Shown piece after piece: positions 17,767 through 28,275 of a stretch of DNA of 64,000 nucleotides. The stretch covers positions 9,376 through 73,375 of the forward strand of contig JAGHAF010000030.1 in assembly GCA_021161675.1 (NCBI GenBank). The letters run 5' to 3'. The translations under genes and the position numbers were made by a program. Source of the stretch: Planctomycetota bacterium (lineage in GTDB: Bacteria; Planctomycetota; Brocadiia; SM23-32). How positions within the stretch are numbered: the first letter of the stretch is position 1; each line of letters opens with the position of its first letter. The notes below the pieces were generated by a model. That model did no database searches. It was not told where the DNA came from and saw nothing but the letters and a program-made list of their open reading frames with translations.

Positions 17767-18064
17767 GAATGCCCTCTACTATCTGGTTCACGGACAAGCC
17801 ACGTTACCGCTGCAACGGCATGATACCGAAACCAGAAGAGGGGCACAAGCACGCCACACGGACAGGGACGGCTGCGCAGTTATCGGCCCGCCACCCACAG
17901 GGGCTCGGCCTGTCGCCGTCCTTACGCCGACGCAGTTCGAAACGTTTTCCTGCCGAAACCGCCGGCGCCCGTTACTGCCTGAGCCTCGTATATGGGATAC
18001 AAGATGGAGAAGCTTGATGGCCGGCAGGGCATGCATTATGCTTTAGGCGCGACGTGCAATTAGC

Positions 18065-19747
18065 GTGAAAGTCCTGGTGCCCGATAAAATGAACGAAGAG
18101 CGCCTCAGCACAGCCGTGGACGGCCCGAACAGCCTCGCGGCCGGAGAGTTCGCCCCGGAGGGCCGGGAGGCGCTGGAACTGGCCATCCTCAGCGAGGTAA
18201 GCCGCACCATAGGCGACGCCCTCGAGCTGGAGAAGGTTTTCGAGGAGACAATGCGCGTCCTGGCAGGAAAGCTGCGGATGAAACGGGGCACGTTGGTGCT
18301 GCTGGACAGGACAGCTAATCGCCTAAAAATCGTAGCCGCTCATGGCCTGAGCCCCCAGGAAAAGCAACGAGGAAAATACCGGATAGGCGAAGGAGTTACT
18401 GGAAGGGTTGTGAAAACGGGGCAACCGGTCGCAATAGCAGATATCTGCAAGAACCCCTTATTCTTGAATCGCACTGGAGCCAGAGGCGCCGAGAAGGAGC
18501 GCGGCCACGTATCCTTCGTATGCGTCCCGCTGCGCGTGGACAACGAAGTCGTGGGCGCTATCAGCATAGACCGCGACTTCGTGGACGAGCAGACCCTCGC
18601 CAAGGACCAGCGCCTCCTCCATATAATCGGATCACTTATATCCCAAGCCATCAAGATAAACCGAATGGTGATGATAGACAGGCAACTGTTGCTCGATGAG
18701 AACGTCCGCCTGCGCAAGGACCTGACGTCCCGCTACAAGTTCGGCAGTATCGTGGCCGTCAGCGGCGCCATGAAGGACGTAGTCGCCACGGCGGCCACCG
18801 TCGCCAAGAGCGGCGCCACCGTCCTGATACGCGGCGAGACCGGCACGGGCAAGGAACTGATAGCAAGCGTGCTGCACTATAACAGCGACCGGGCGAAAGG
18901 CCCCTTTATAAAGGTCAATTGCAGCGCATTATCCGAAGGGCTGCTGGAGACCGAACTTTTCGGCCACGTCCGAGGCGCCTTCACCGGCGCCGTCGAGGAC
19001 CGCAAAGGCAGATTCGAGCTTGCCGACGGCGGCACGATATTCCTGGACGAAGTGGGCTCGATGAGCGAACAGCTCCAGGCAAAGCTTTTGCGCGTGCTCC
19101 AGGAGAGAGAATTCGAGCGGGTCGGCGGCGCCAAAACCATCGAGATTGACGTGCGAGTCGTTGCGGCGACAAACATGGACCTGGAGGAGCTTATGTCAGA
19201 AGGCGCCTTCAGGCAAGACCTGTTCTACCGCCTCAACGTGATACCCATCTTCATACCCCCCTTGCGAGAACGCCGGGAGGATATCCAGTTTCTGGTGCAG
19301 CATTTCCTGGACAAGTATAATGAACATTACGGCAAGGCCGTAGAGAAGATGTCTCGCCAGGTCATGGACGCGCTGCTGGAATATCCCTGGCCCGGCAACG
19401 TGCGTGAACTGGAAAGCTGCATCGAAAGGGCTGTCGTTCTCAGCCAGGACGGCGCCCTATCGATGAGTCTTCTGCCGATAAACATCCGCAGTTTCAGAGA
19501 ATCAGAAAGGCGCCCGGGGCCCATTCGGCAAGCTTCTGAGGATGTTCTGGCGCAGTTGATAAAGGGTCTACGCTCATCACACGTGTCAGGCGCGTCCGGT
19601 CTGCACACCACCGTTATATCACAGGTCGAGAAGGCGCTGCTAACAGAAATACTCGAAGCCAATGATCACGTGCAAACTCGAGCCGCCAGAGAGCTGGGCA
19701 TAACCCGTAACACTCTGCGCAAACGGATAAGAGAGTACGGACTTTAG
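18065..19747 (+). CDS. sigma-54-dependent transcriptional activator with N-terminal GAF domain (FhlA/HyfR/NifA-like)
   Basis: GAF region, AAA+ sigma-54 interaction domain (GETGTGKE Walker A, GAFTGA, ESELFGH, WPGNVREL), C-terminal Fis-type HTH. GTG start; alternative ATG at 18092. Confidence 0.85.
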   Translation: MKVLVPDKMNEERLSTAVDGPNSLAAGEFAPEGREALELAILSEVSRTIGDALELEKVFEETMRVLAGKLRMKRGTLVLLDRTANRLKIVAAHGLSPQEKQRGKYRIGEGVTGRVVKTGQPVAIADICKNPLFLNRTGARGAEKERGHVSFVCVPLRVDNEVVGAISIDRDFVDEQTLAKDQRLLHIIGSLISQAIKINRMVMIDRQLLLDENVRLRKDLTSRYKFGSIVAVSGAMKDVVATAATVAKSGATVLIRGETGTGKELIASVLHYNSDRAKGPFIKVNCSALSEGLLETELFGHVRGAFTGAVEDRKGRFELADGGTIFLDEVGSMSEQLQAKLLRVLQEREFERVGGAKTIEIDVRVVAATNMDLEELMSEGAFRQDLFYRLNVIPIFIPPLRERREDIQFLVQHFLDKYNEHYGKAVEKMSRQVMDALLEYPWPGNVRELESCIERAVVLSQDGALSMSLLPINIRSFRESERRPGPIRQASEDVLAQLIKGLRSSHVSGASGLHTTVISQVEKALLTEILEANDHVQTRAARELGITRNTLRKRIREYGL

Positions 19748-20009
19748 CCCGCTGGTTACGTTGTGCCCAGGTGGGCGCCTCGTAACCAGCGGCCCGTGTG
19801 TTCTCAGCAGCAGGGCCGATCTTTACCCCTCGGCGTATGTCCCTTTGCTGCGAGAGGTTGCGAGCAGCCCGGCGGTACTGCAGGCCTTCTCGCGGGTACT
19901 TTGGCACGAGGCTTGCTCTACTACTTCTCTCCTTATGTAGTCACAGAGCAAGCTTTGCTACGGTGCTCATCCCCCGAACCGGGAAACATAACCGAAGGAG
20001 TTTCTGAAC

Positions 20010-21257
20010 ATGGCGGATTTTAACGCGTTCGCCGTCGCACAGCAGCAGATCGATACGTGTGCACAGATTCTGGAGCTGCCCTCCAGCGTCCACGAAATGC
20101 TCCGCGCCCCCAAGCGGGAAATCCGTGTTTCCCTGCCCGTGAAGATGGACGACGGATCGGTGAAGGTCTTCCGGGGCTTTCGCGTCCAGTATAACGATGC
20201 GCTCGGTCCGACGAAGGGCGGCATCCGCTTCCACCCCGACGAGACCATCGACACTGTCCGGGCACTGGCGGCCTGGATGACATGGAAATGCGCGCTGGTT
20301 GACATCCCGCTCGGCGGCGCCAAGGGGGGCGTCATCTGCGATCCGAAGCAAATGTCCGCCGGCGAGTTGGAACGCCTCAGCCGGGCTTACATCCGTGCCA
20401 TGGCCCGTTTCATCGGACCGGAGACGGACATTCCGGCGCCCGATGTTTACACGACTCCGCAGATGATGGCCTGGATGATGGACGAATACTCCACGATCCG
20501 GCAGAAGAACCAGTTCGGCGTCATCACGGGCAAGCCGCTGCCTGTCGGGGGTTCGGCGGGCCGCGGCGACGCCACCGCACGCGGCGGCTGGTACGTCATA
20601 CGCGAGGCCGCCGAAGTGTGCGGCGTCGAGCTGGACGGCGCCATAGTAGCCATCCAGGGCTACGGGAACGCCGGAGCCTACGCGGCGAGACTCGCCACCG
20701 AAACCTATGGGTGCAAAGTTATCGCCGTCAGCGATAGCAAGGGCGGCATCACCAACCGCAACGGATTGGAGCCTGACGCCGTTGCACGCCACAAGGCGGA
20801 CACGGGCTCCGTGGTCGGCTTCCCGGGCTCAGAACCGGTTTCCAACGAGGCGCTGCTCGAGCTGGACGTTGACATTCTCATCCCGGCGGCACTCGAGAAC
20901 GTCATCACCGAAAGCAACGCCCCCAACGTGAAGGCGAAGATCGTCGGCGAGCTGGCCAACGGCCCGACGAGCCCCGAGGCGGACGATATACTTCATGCCG
21001 GCGGCGTGCACGTGCTGCCGGACTTCCTGTGTAACGCCGGCGGCGTGACCGTTTCCTACTTCGAGATGGTGCAGAACGCCTACATGTACTACTGGGACTT
21101 GGAGCAGGTCCACCGGCGGCTCGACGCCACGATGACGACGGCATACCGCGCCGTGCTCGACGTGGCCAGGGAGTATAACATTAACATGCGTCAGGCGGCC
21201 TACGTCGTAGCTGTCCGCCGCGTGACCGAAGCGATGCAACTGCGCGGTTGGGTCTGA
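20010..21257 (+). CDS. gdhA: glutamate dehydrogenase (Glu/Leu/Phe/Val dehydrogenase family)
   Basis: [12 protein letters not shown] and [10 protein letters not shown] motifs, 415 aa. Confidence 0.9.
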   Translation: MADFNAFAVAQQQIDTCAQILELPSSVHEMLRAPKREIRVSLPVKMDDGSVKVFRGFRVQYNDALGPTKGGIRFHPDETIDTVRALAAWMTWKCALVDIPLGGAKGGVICDPKQMSAGELERLSRAYIRAMARFIGPETDIPAPDVYTTPQMMAWMMDEYSTIRQKNQFGVITGKPLPVGGSAGRGDATARGGWYVIREAAEVCGVELDGAIVAIQGYGNAGAYAARLATETYGCKVIAVSDSKGGITNRNGLEPDAVARHKADTGSVVGFPGSEPVSNEALLELDVDILIPAALENVITESNAPNVKAKIVGELANGPTSPEADDILHAGGVHVLPDFLCNAGGVTVSYFEMVQNAYMYYWDLEQVHRRLDATMTTAYRAVLDVAREYNINMRQAAYVVAVRRVTEAMQLRGWV

Positions 21258-21370
21258 ATCCTTGCACAGCCAATTACGTTGACCTGTTCCACCGGCTGTG
21301 ATACTGTGAGCAAACACATGCGGGATCAAGCTCTGCCAAGCCATTTGCTCCGCGCACAAGGTGGATCACG

Positions 21371-22825
21371 ATGCGATTGGATCGACGTATGCCGTCCGGC
21401 GCCGGCGAGAAACCCCGCGAGGACTGTGGCATAATCGGAATATATGGCGTCCAGCGCGCCGCCGAACTCGTCTATGCCGGCCTGCACGCACTTCAACATC
21501 GTGGCCAGGAGTCCGCCGGGATAGTCGCCTCTGACGGTGCGCGCATTCATAGCAGAAAAGGGCTCGGCCTGCTATCGGAAGCCATTGACCGGCACGAACT
21601 CCATGACCTGTGCGGCCACATTGCCGTCGGGCACGTGCGTTACTCGACCACCGGCGCGAAGCGTGTTCAGAATATCCAGCCCCTTGTGACAGAATACTCA
21701 CGCGGCATCACCGTCATAGCGCACAATGGCAATCTGACGAACGCCCGGGCTCTGCGCCGGCTGTATCAATCGCACGGCTCTATATTCCAGACCTCCACCG
21801 ACAGCGAGATCATCGTTCACCTCCTGGCCGATCCTCAGCACGATAAGGCGCCCGACCCCCTTGCCAGCGCCCTCGGCCGCGTGGAGGGCGCTTACTCGCT
21901 GGTGCTTATGGACGCTTCCAATCTCGTGGCGGCTCGGGACCCGCATGGCTTCCGCCCGCTCTCCCTTGGCGCGCTGGAGGACGGTTACGTGGTCGCCAGC
22001 GAAACATGCGCCCTGGACCTTCTGGGCGCGGAGTTCATCCGGGACGTTGGGCCGGGCGAAATCATTGAGTTCGGAGAAGGCCGGCCGAATTCCAGGTATT
22101 TAGGCCGGCGCGACGGCAACCGGCTTGCGCACTGCATATTCGAGCACATTTACTTTGCCCGTCCGGACAGCGTGGTGTTCGGCGAGACCGTCCACAACGT
22201 CAGACGCAGACTCGGAGAAAACCTTGCAAGCGCCTGCCCCGTGGACGCTGACGTCGTTTGCCCCGTGCCGGACTCCGGCGACTGCGCTGCGCTCGGATAC
22301 TGCCATCGCTCCGGCATTCCGCTGGGCAGAGGGTTCGTGCGCAATCATTACATCGGGCGCACGTTCATCACACCGGCCGAAGAATCTCGTTCCTTCGGCG
22401 TGAAGATGAAGCTCAACGTGGTCCGGGACGTTGTTGCGGGGAAACGGGTCATCGTAGTGGACGACTCGATCGTGCGGGGCACCACCTGCAAGGCCCGAAT
22501 TCATACCCTTCGAGAAGCAGGCGCAAGGCAAGTGCATCTTCGTATCAGCGCTCCCCCTATCCGGTTCCCGTGTTTCTACGGGATTGACTTCCCCCACGCT
22601 GGCGAATTGATAGCCGCCGAGAAGTCCGTGGAAGAGATCCGCCGTTTTCTCGGGATTGACAGCCTTGGCTACCAGTCGGTCGAGGGGCTGCTCGCCGCCG
22701 TCCCGACTTCCAGAGACAGTTATTGTCTCGCATGCTTCACCGGTGAATACCCGGTCGAAGTCTCAGAGGACATGGGCAAGTACGCTATGGAGACGGGGCG
22801 CAGGGCTTACGACGAATCGAGATAG
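21371..22825 (+). CDS. purF: amidophosphoribosyltransferase
   Basis: CGIIGIYG N-terminal nucleophile region, PRTase motif VVDDSIVRGTT, C-terminal Cys ligands. Confidence 0.9.
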   Translation: MRLDRRMPSGAGEKPREDCGIIGIYGVQRAAELVYAGLHALQHRGQESAGIVASDGARIHSRKGLGLLSEAIDRHELHDLCGHIAVGHVRYSTTGAKRVQNIQPLVTEYSRGITVIAHNGNLTNARALRRLYQSHGSIFQTSTDSEIIVHLLADPQHDKAPDPLASALGRVEGAYSLVLMDASNLVAARDPHGFRPLSLGALEDGYVVASETCALDLLGAEFIRDVGPGEIIEFGEGRPNSRYLGRRDGNRLAHCIFEHIYFARPDSVVFGETVHNVRRRLGENLASACPVDADVVCPVPDSGDCAALGYCHRSGIPLGRGFVRNHYIGRTFITPAEESRSFGVKMKLNVVRDVVAGKRVIVVDDSIVRGTTCKARIHTLREAGARQVHLRISAPPIRFPCFYGIDFPHAGELIAAEKSVEEIRRFLGIDSLGYQSVEGLLAAVPTSRDSYCLACFTGEYPVEVSEDMGKYAMETGRRAYDESR

Positions 22826-22849
22826 TATTAGCAGGAGGTAGAGAACACG

Positions 22850-24184
22850 ATGGAGAATTCGGACGTGAAAGACATCCTGGCAAGAGCCCAGAAGGCCGGC
22901 GCAGAATTCGTCAGCTTATGGTTTACGGACATATTGGGCTTTCTGAAAAGCTTCGTGATAACAGCCAACGAGCTGGAGAACGCGCTTCGGGAAGGCATGG
23001 GCTTCGACGGCTCCTCCATAGAGGGTTTTGCCCGTATCGAGGAGTCCGACATGGTCGCCATGCCGGACCCCTCCACGTTTCAGATCCTGCCTTTGCAGCC
23101 AATTGACGGCGGCGCTACGGCCAGAATGTTCTGCAACATCCTCGAGCCTGACGGCTCTCCCTACGACGCCGACCCCAGGGCGCTTCTAAAGAAGCAGCTC
23201 AGCAAGGCCGAGAAGATGGGCTACACCTACTGCGTCGGACCTGAACTCGAATACTTTTACTTCAAGGGAACCGGGCCCATAACCGAGGGGTTGGACAAGT
23301 CCGGATACTTCGGCCTGACTCCACCCGACACGGGCTCAAGCATCAGGCGCCAGACGGTGCTGGCCCTCCAGAAAATGGGCATACCCGTCGAGTACATGCA
23401 CCACGAGGTGGCGCCGAGCCAGCACGAAATAGACCTCAGGTATACGGATGCGCTCAGGATGGCCGATCAGGTCATGACCTGCCGCCTTATCACAAAGGAA
23501 GTCGCCCAACGGCACGACACCTATGCCAGCTTCATGCCGAAGCCCGTTTTCGGCGAAAACGGGAGCGGAATGCACGTGCACCAGTCTTTGTTCTCAGACG
23601 GGCGCAACGCATTCTTCGACCCCGCAGACCCCCACCATCTTTCCGACGTAGCCAGACGCTTCATCGCCGGGCTCCTCAGGCATGCGCGTGATATCACCGC
23701 AGTCACCAACCAGTGGGTGAACTCGTACAAACGGCTCGTGCCGGGCTACGAGGCGCCGGTCTACGTCTCATGGGCGCGGCGCAATCGCTCTACCCTTGTG
23801 CGCGTTCCCATGTATAAACCAGGCAAGGAAAACTCCACTAGAATCGAGTACCGTTCTCCGGACCCGGCGTGTAATCCCTACCTGGTCTTCGCCGTTATGC
23901 TGGCAGCGGGCCTGGACGGCATCGAGCAAGACTATAGGCTGCCCGAACCAGTCGAGGAGAACATCTTTGAGATGAGCGCACAGCACCGCGCCGAAGTCGG
24001 CATCGACTCGCTGCCGGGGAACCTGTCCGAGGCGCTCCGGCTGGTGGAAGGTAGCCAGCTCGTTCAAGAGACCCTCGGCCAGCATGTATTTGAGAAATTC
24101 ATAGAAAACAAACGAATCGAATGGGACAGATACAAGATTCAGGTCAGCCGCTACGAACTGGAGGAGTATCTGCCAGTCTTGTAG
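22850..24184 (+). CDS. glnA: glutamine synthetase type I
   Basis: 444 aa with GS beta-grasp and catalytic domain motifs (MPKP, NGSGMH, ...SWARRNRS...). Confidence 0.9.
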   Translation: MENSDVKDILARAQKAGAEFVSLWFTDILGFLKSFVITANELENALREGMGFDGSSIEGFARIEESDMVAMPDPSTFQILPLQPIDGGATARMFCNILEPDGSPYDADPRALLKKQLSKAEKMGYTYCVGPELEYFYFKGTGPITEGLDKSGYFGLTPPDTGSSIRRQTVLALQKMGIPVEYMHHEVAPSQHEIDLRYTDALRMADQVMTCRLITKEVAQRHDTYASFMPKPVFGENGSGMHVHQSLFSDGRNAFFDPADPHHLSDVARRFIAGLLRHARDITAVTNQWVNSYKRLVPGYEAPVYVSWARRNRSTLVRVPMYKPGKENSTRIEYRSPDPACNPYLVFAVMLAAGLDGIEQDYRLPEPVEENIFEMSAQHRAEVGIDSLPGNLSEALRLVEGSQLVQETLGQHVFEKFIENKRIEWDRYKIQVSRYELEEYLPVL

Positions 24185-24272
24185 ACGCATCACACGTCCC
24201 GACGATCAGCGCGGACTTGATAACCGGGATAGCACGTACTCGTTTCCTCCACAAGTTCCTGGCCTGGCGACT

Positions 24273-25367
24273 ATGAGAGCGACAATCGCGCTCGAAGACG
24301 GCCGCATCTTTGAAGGTGAATCCTTCGGCGCGCCCGGCAAGCGCGCCGGAGAGGTCGTCTTCAACACCAGCATGACCGGCTACCAGGAAATCCTCACTGA
24401 CCCTTCCTATAAGGGCCAGATCGTCACCATGACCTACCCCCTGATCGGCAACTACGGCGTCAACCCCAAGGACGTCGAGTCGGCCGGGCCGAAAGTGGAG
24501 GGATTCCTGGTGCGCGAGCTCTGCCCCTTCCCCTCAAACCACGCTGCCACGGGTCCCCTGGCGGATTACCTGCTCCGGCATGGCGTAATCGCAATAACCG
24601 AGGTGGACACCCGCGCCCTGACCAGGCACATCCGGCTGGCCGGGGCGATGCGCTGCGTCATCGCCGTTGGCGAACACGCGCCTGACGACCTGGTGGCGGA
24701 GGCGCAGGCCGCCCCGGGACTCGTCGGCCGGGACATGGTCAAAGAGGTCACTTGCCCGGAAGGATATGAATTCTCCGATGGCTCGCAGCCCGCCGCCGGC
24801 GGCCCGCTGATAGTAGTCTACGACTTCGGAGTGAAGCGTAACATCCTGAGATCCCTGGCCGGGATGGGCTGCCGCGTGCGCGTCGTGCCGGCCTCCACGA
24901 GCGCCGATGATGCGCTGGCCCTGCAGCCCGCCGGCATACTGCTCTCGAACGGCCCCGGCGATCCTGCCGGGGCGCCTTACGCCGTCCGAGAGGTCAGGGG
25001 CCTGATCGGGCGCGCGCCTATCTTCGGCATATGCCTGGGGCATCAATTGCTGGGACTGGCGCTGGGCGGGAAAACCTACAAGCTCAAGTTCGGGCATCGC
25101 GGCTCGAACCACCCCGTCAAAGAACTCTCCACCGGGAAGATTGACATCACCTGCCAGAACCACGGTTTCTGCGTGGACATTGACTCCCTGGACCAGGACC
25201 AGGTGGAACTGACACACCTTAACCTCAACGACATGACCCTGGAGGGCATGCGGCACAAAGAGTTGCCCATCATGTCTGTCCAATACCACCCGGAAGCGTC
25301 CGCCGGGCCGCACGATGCCCGGCGTCTGTTCGGCTATTTCCTGCGGATGATAGAGATGGGGCGCTGA
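24273..25367 (+). CDS. carA: carbamoyl-phosphate synthase small (glutaminase) subunit
   Basis: GICLGHQLL triad region, 364 aa. Confidence 0.9.
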   Translation: MRATIALEDGRIFEGESFGAPGKRAGEVVFNTSMTGYQEILTDPSYKGQIVTMTYPLIGNYGVNPKDVESAGPKVEGFLVRELCPFPSNHAATGPLADYLLRHGVIAITEVDTRALTRHIRLAGAMRCVIAVGEHAPDDLVAEAQAAPGLVGRDMVKEVTCPEGYEFSDGSQPAAGGPLIVVYDFGVKRNILRSLAGMGCRVRVVPASTSADDALALQPAGILLSNGPGDPAGAPYAVREVRGLIGRAPIFGICLGHQLLGLALGGKTYKLKFGHRGSNHPVKELSTGKIDITCQNHGFCVDIDSLDQDQVELTHLNLNDMTLEGMRHKELPIMSVQYHPEASAGPHDARRLFGYFLRMIEMGR

Positions 25368-26905
25368 TGCGAGAGAGCGCAATAGTATTGGACTTCGGTT
25401 CGCAGTACAGTCAGCTAATTGCGCGGCGAGTGCGCGCCCTCGGCGTCTATTGCGAGATAGTCCCGCCCGGCGTTCTCATGGAAAAGCTGCGCAGAGACAA
25501 CGTGCGCGCCATCATCTTGTCCGGCGGGCCGGCCTCTGTCGTGACGGATGGAGCGCCGTCGCTCGACAAGGGCATCCTGGAGCTGGGCATCCCGCTCCTG
25601 GGGATTTGCTACGGCATGCAGCTTCTGGCGAAGCTTCTGGGTGGGACGGTTCGAGGCGCCGAATCTCGTGAATACGGCCCTGCGCTCCTCCACGTAGACG
25701 GCGCCAGGTGGCTGTTCGACGGGATGCCGGGCAAACTGGACGTCTGGATGAGCCACGGCGACCAGGTGGAGCGCCTGCCGGAAGGCTTTGAGCTTCTGGC
25801 TCACACGGCCAATTGCCCTGTGGCTGCCATGGGGCACAGCGAAAGGAAGATATACGGCGTGCAGTTCCACCCGGAGGTCGTCCATACTCCACGCGGCTCT
25901 GAGGTGCTCCGCAACTTCCTGTTCAACATCGCCGGCTGCAAGGGCGGATGGTCTATGGCCGGTTTCGTCGAGGAAGCCGTCGGCAAGATACGCGAGCGGG
26001 TTGGAAACGAGCGGGTATTGTGCGGCCTTTCCGGCGGCGTTGACTCCACGGTCACTGCCGCCTTGCTCGACCGCGCCATCGGGCGACGCTGCGTGGCCGT
26101 GTTTGTCGACAACGGGCTGCTGCGCATGGGCGAGGCGGAGGCCGTGCCGACGTTCTTCCGGGACGAATACCGGATCAACTTGCGAGTCGTGGACGCTCGG
26201 GAGCGATTCCTTGCCGCCCTGGAGGGCGTGACGGACCCCGAGCGGAAGCGGCACATAATAGGCCATATGTTCGTCGAGGTTTTCAAGGCGGAAGCGGACA
26301 AACTCGGCGACATCCCCTTCCTGGCTCAAGGGACGCTCTACCCGGACGTGATAGAAAGCACCTCTACCTTCGGCGGCCCATCCGCGCGGATCAAGAGTCA
26401 CCACAACGTGGGCGGGCTGCCGGACGACATAGATTTTGCGCTTGTGGAACCGCTCAGGGAGCTTTTCAAGGACGAAGTCCGTCAGCTCGGGCGCCGGCTC
26501 GGCCTGCCGGAGAAGGTGCTCACGCGTCAGCCTTTCCCCGGACCAGGACTGGCGGTTCGCATCATTGGCGAGGTGACCGATGAGCGCCTGCGAATGCTGC
26601 GCGAGGCCGACGCACGCGTGCAACAGGAGTTGGAAGACGAAGAGATATACGATCAGATCTGGCAGTCGTTCGCGCTCCTGCTGCCCGTCAAGAGTGTCGG
26701 CGTGATGGGCGATGAGCGCACCTACGGCAACGTCGTGGCCCTGCGCATCGTAAGCAGCGCGGACGGCATGACCTCCGACTGGGTCAAAGTGCCCTACGAA
26801 GTGCTGGGCCGCATATCCAGCCGCATTATCAACGAAGTGCGCGGCGTAGGTAGGGTCGTTTATGACATAAGCCCGAAACCCCCCAGCACAATCGAGTGGG
26901 AGTAA
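25367..26905 (+). CDS. guaA: GMP synthase (glutamine-hydrolysing)
   Basis: N-terminal class I GATase (GICYGMQ), SGGVDS PP-loop, C-terminal dimerisation domain. TGATG overlap with carA. Confidence 0.9.
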   Translation: MRESAIVLDFGSQYSQLIARRVRALGVYCEIVPPGVLMEKLRRDNVRAIILSGGPASVVTDGAPSLDKGILELGIPLLGICYGMQLLAKLLGGTVRGAESREYGPALLHVDGARWLFDGMPGKLDVWMSHGDQVERLPEGFELLAHTANCPVAAMGHSERKIYGVQFHPEVVHTPRGSEVLRNFLFNIAGCKGGWSMAGFVEEAVGKIRERVGNERVLCGLSGGVDSTVTAALLDRAIGRRCVAVFVDNGLLRMGEAEAVPTFFRDEYRINLRVVDARERFLAALEGVTDPERKRHIIGHMFVEVFKAEADKLGDIPFLAQGTLYPDVIESTSTFGGPSARIKSHHNVGGLPDDIDFALVEPLRELFKDEVRQLGRRLGLPEKVLTRQPFPGPGLAVRIIGEVTDERLRMLREADARVQQELEDEEIYDQIWQSFALLLPVKSVGVMGDERTYGNVVALRIVSSADGMTSDWVKVPYEVLGRISSRIINEVRGVGRVVYDISPKPPSTIEWE

Positions 26906-27510
26906 TGATTGCTGTCATCAGATACGGCGTCGGTAACGTCAAGAGTGTTCTCTGCGCCTTGCGTCATCTCGGCAGGGAGGCGATTCTCAGCTCCGACCCG
27001 GACGAGGTGGAAAGCGCCTCGGGCGTGATTCTCCCCGGCGTGGGCGCGTTTGCGACGGCCATGCAAAACTTGGAGCGTGACGGCCTGGACAGCGCCCTTT
27101 GCAGGATCAACAGCGCCGACAGACCGATCCTCGGCATCTGCCTCGGGTTGCAGCTTTTCTTCTCTGAAAGCGAGGAACATGGCTCCTACCGCGGGCTTGG
27201 ATTGCTGAGCGGGCGCGTGCGCAGATTCCCCCCCGGCGCCAAGGCGCCTCACATGGGATGGAACCAGGTCCGGCGGCAAAAGCCGTCTGCGCTCTTTGAC
27301 GGCATCCCGGACGATTCATTCTTTTACTTCGCGCACTCTTACTACGCACAGCCGGACGATACGGAGTCAATAATCGGCGTAACCGACTATGAGGGTTCTT
27401 TTGCATCCGCCGTTGCAAGGGAGAGCCTGTTCGGCGTGCAGTTCCACCCGGAAAAGAGCGGCCCCTGGGGCCTAAGAATGCTTGCTAACTTCTGCCACTT
27501 GTGTGAATAG
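26905..27510 (+). CDS. hisH: imidazole glycerol phosphate synthase glutaminase subunit HisH
   Basis: [15 protein letters not shown] start and GICLGLQ triad. Start chosen at the TAATG overlap with guaA; the tracked ORF begins 9 nt earlier. Confidence 0.85.
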   Translation: MIAVIRYGVGNVKSVLCALRHLGREAILSSDPDEVESASGVILPGVGAFATAMQNLERDGLDSALCRINSADRPILGICLGLQLFFSESEEHGSYRGLGLLSGRVRRFPPGAKAPHMGWNQVRRQKPSALFDGIPDDSFFYFAHSYYAQPDDTESIIGVTDYEGSFASAVARESLFGVQFHPEKSGPWGLRMLANFCHLCE

Positions 27511-27518
27511 GACATAGA

Positions 27519-28274
27519 ATGCTGGCAAAACGCATTATTCCATGCCTCGACGTAAAAAACGGCCGAGTCGTAAAAGGCGCCTCCTTCGTGTCCCTGCGTG
27601 ATGCCGGCGACCCGGTCGAAAGCGCGGCCCGCTATAGCGAAGCCGGCGCCGACGAACTGGTCTTCCTTGACATAACCGCCACCGTCGAGGCGCGCGCCAC
27701 CATTTGCGACCTGGTGGCGAGAGTGGCCGATGAGATTTCCATTCCGTTCACCGTAGGCGGTGGAATCGGCGCCACCAACCACATCAGCGACCTGCTGGAG
27801 GCCGGCGCGGACAAAGTCTCGATCAACACCGCCGCTGTGAAGAATAGACAGCTTATCACCCGCTCCGCGCAGACGTTCGGCTGCCAGTGCATAGTCGTGG
27901 CGATAGACGCAAAGCGGGCCGATGGATCATGGCTGGTTTCCATCGAATCGGGACGCACCCCTACGGACATCGATGCTATCGAATGGGCGCATCAGGTCGA
28001 AGGGCTCGGCGCCGGGGAAATCCTGCTTACATCAATAGATGCGGACGGCCACAAAACCGGCTACGACCTCGAGCTGACCGCAAAAGTCTCCGAAGCCGTG
28101 CGAATACCGGTAATCGCTTCCGGAGGCGCCGGAACTCCTCAGGACATATACAACGTGCTCACCGCAGGCAAGGCCGACGCAGCGCTGGCGGCCTCGATCT
28201 TCCATTATGGAAAGTTCAGCATAGCCGAGGTGAAACGCTATCTCGCCGAACGCTCCGTCCAGGTGCGCAGTTAG
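27519..28274 (+). CDS. hisF: imidazole glycerol phosphate synthase cyclase subunit HisF
   Basis: [21 protein letters not shown]-terminus, 251 aa TIM barrel. Confidence 0.9.
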   Translation: MLAKRIIPCLDVKNGRVVKGASFVSLRDAGDPVESAARYSEAGADELVFLDITATVEARATICDLVARVADEISIPFTVGGGIGATNHISDLLEAGADKVSINTAAVKNRQLITRSAQTFGCQCIVVAIDAKRADGSWLVSIESGRTPTDIDAIEWAHQVEGLGAGEILLTSIDADGHKTGYDLELTAKVSEAVRIPVIASGGAGTPQDIYNVLTAGKADAALAASIFHYGKFSIAEVKRYLAERSVQVRS

Positions 28275-28275
28275 A

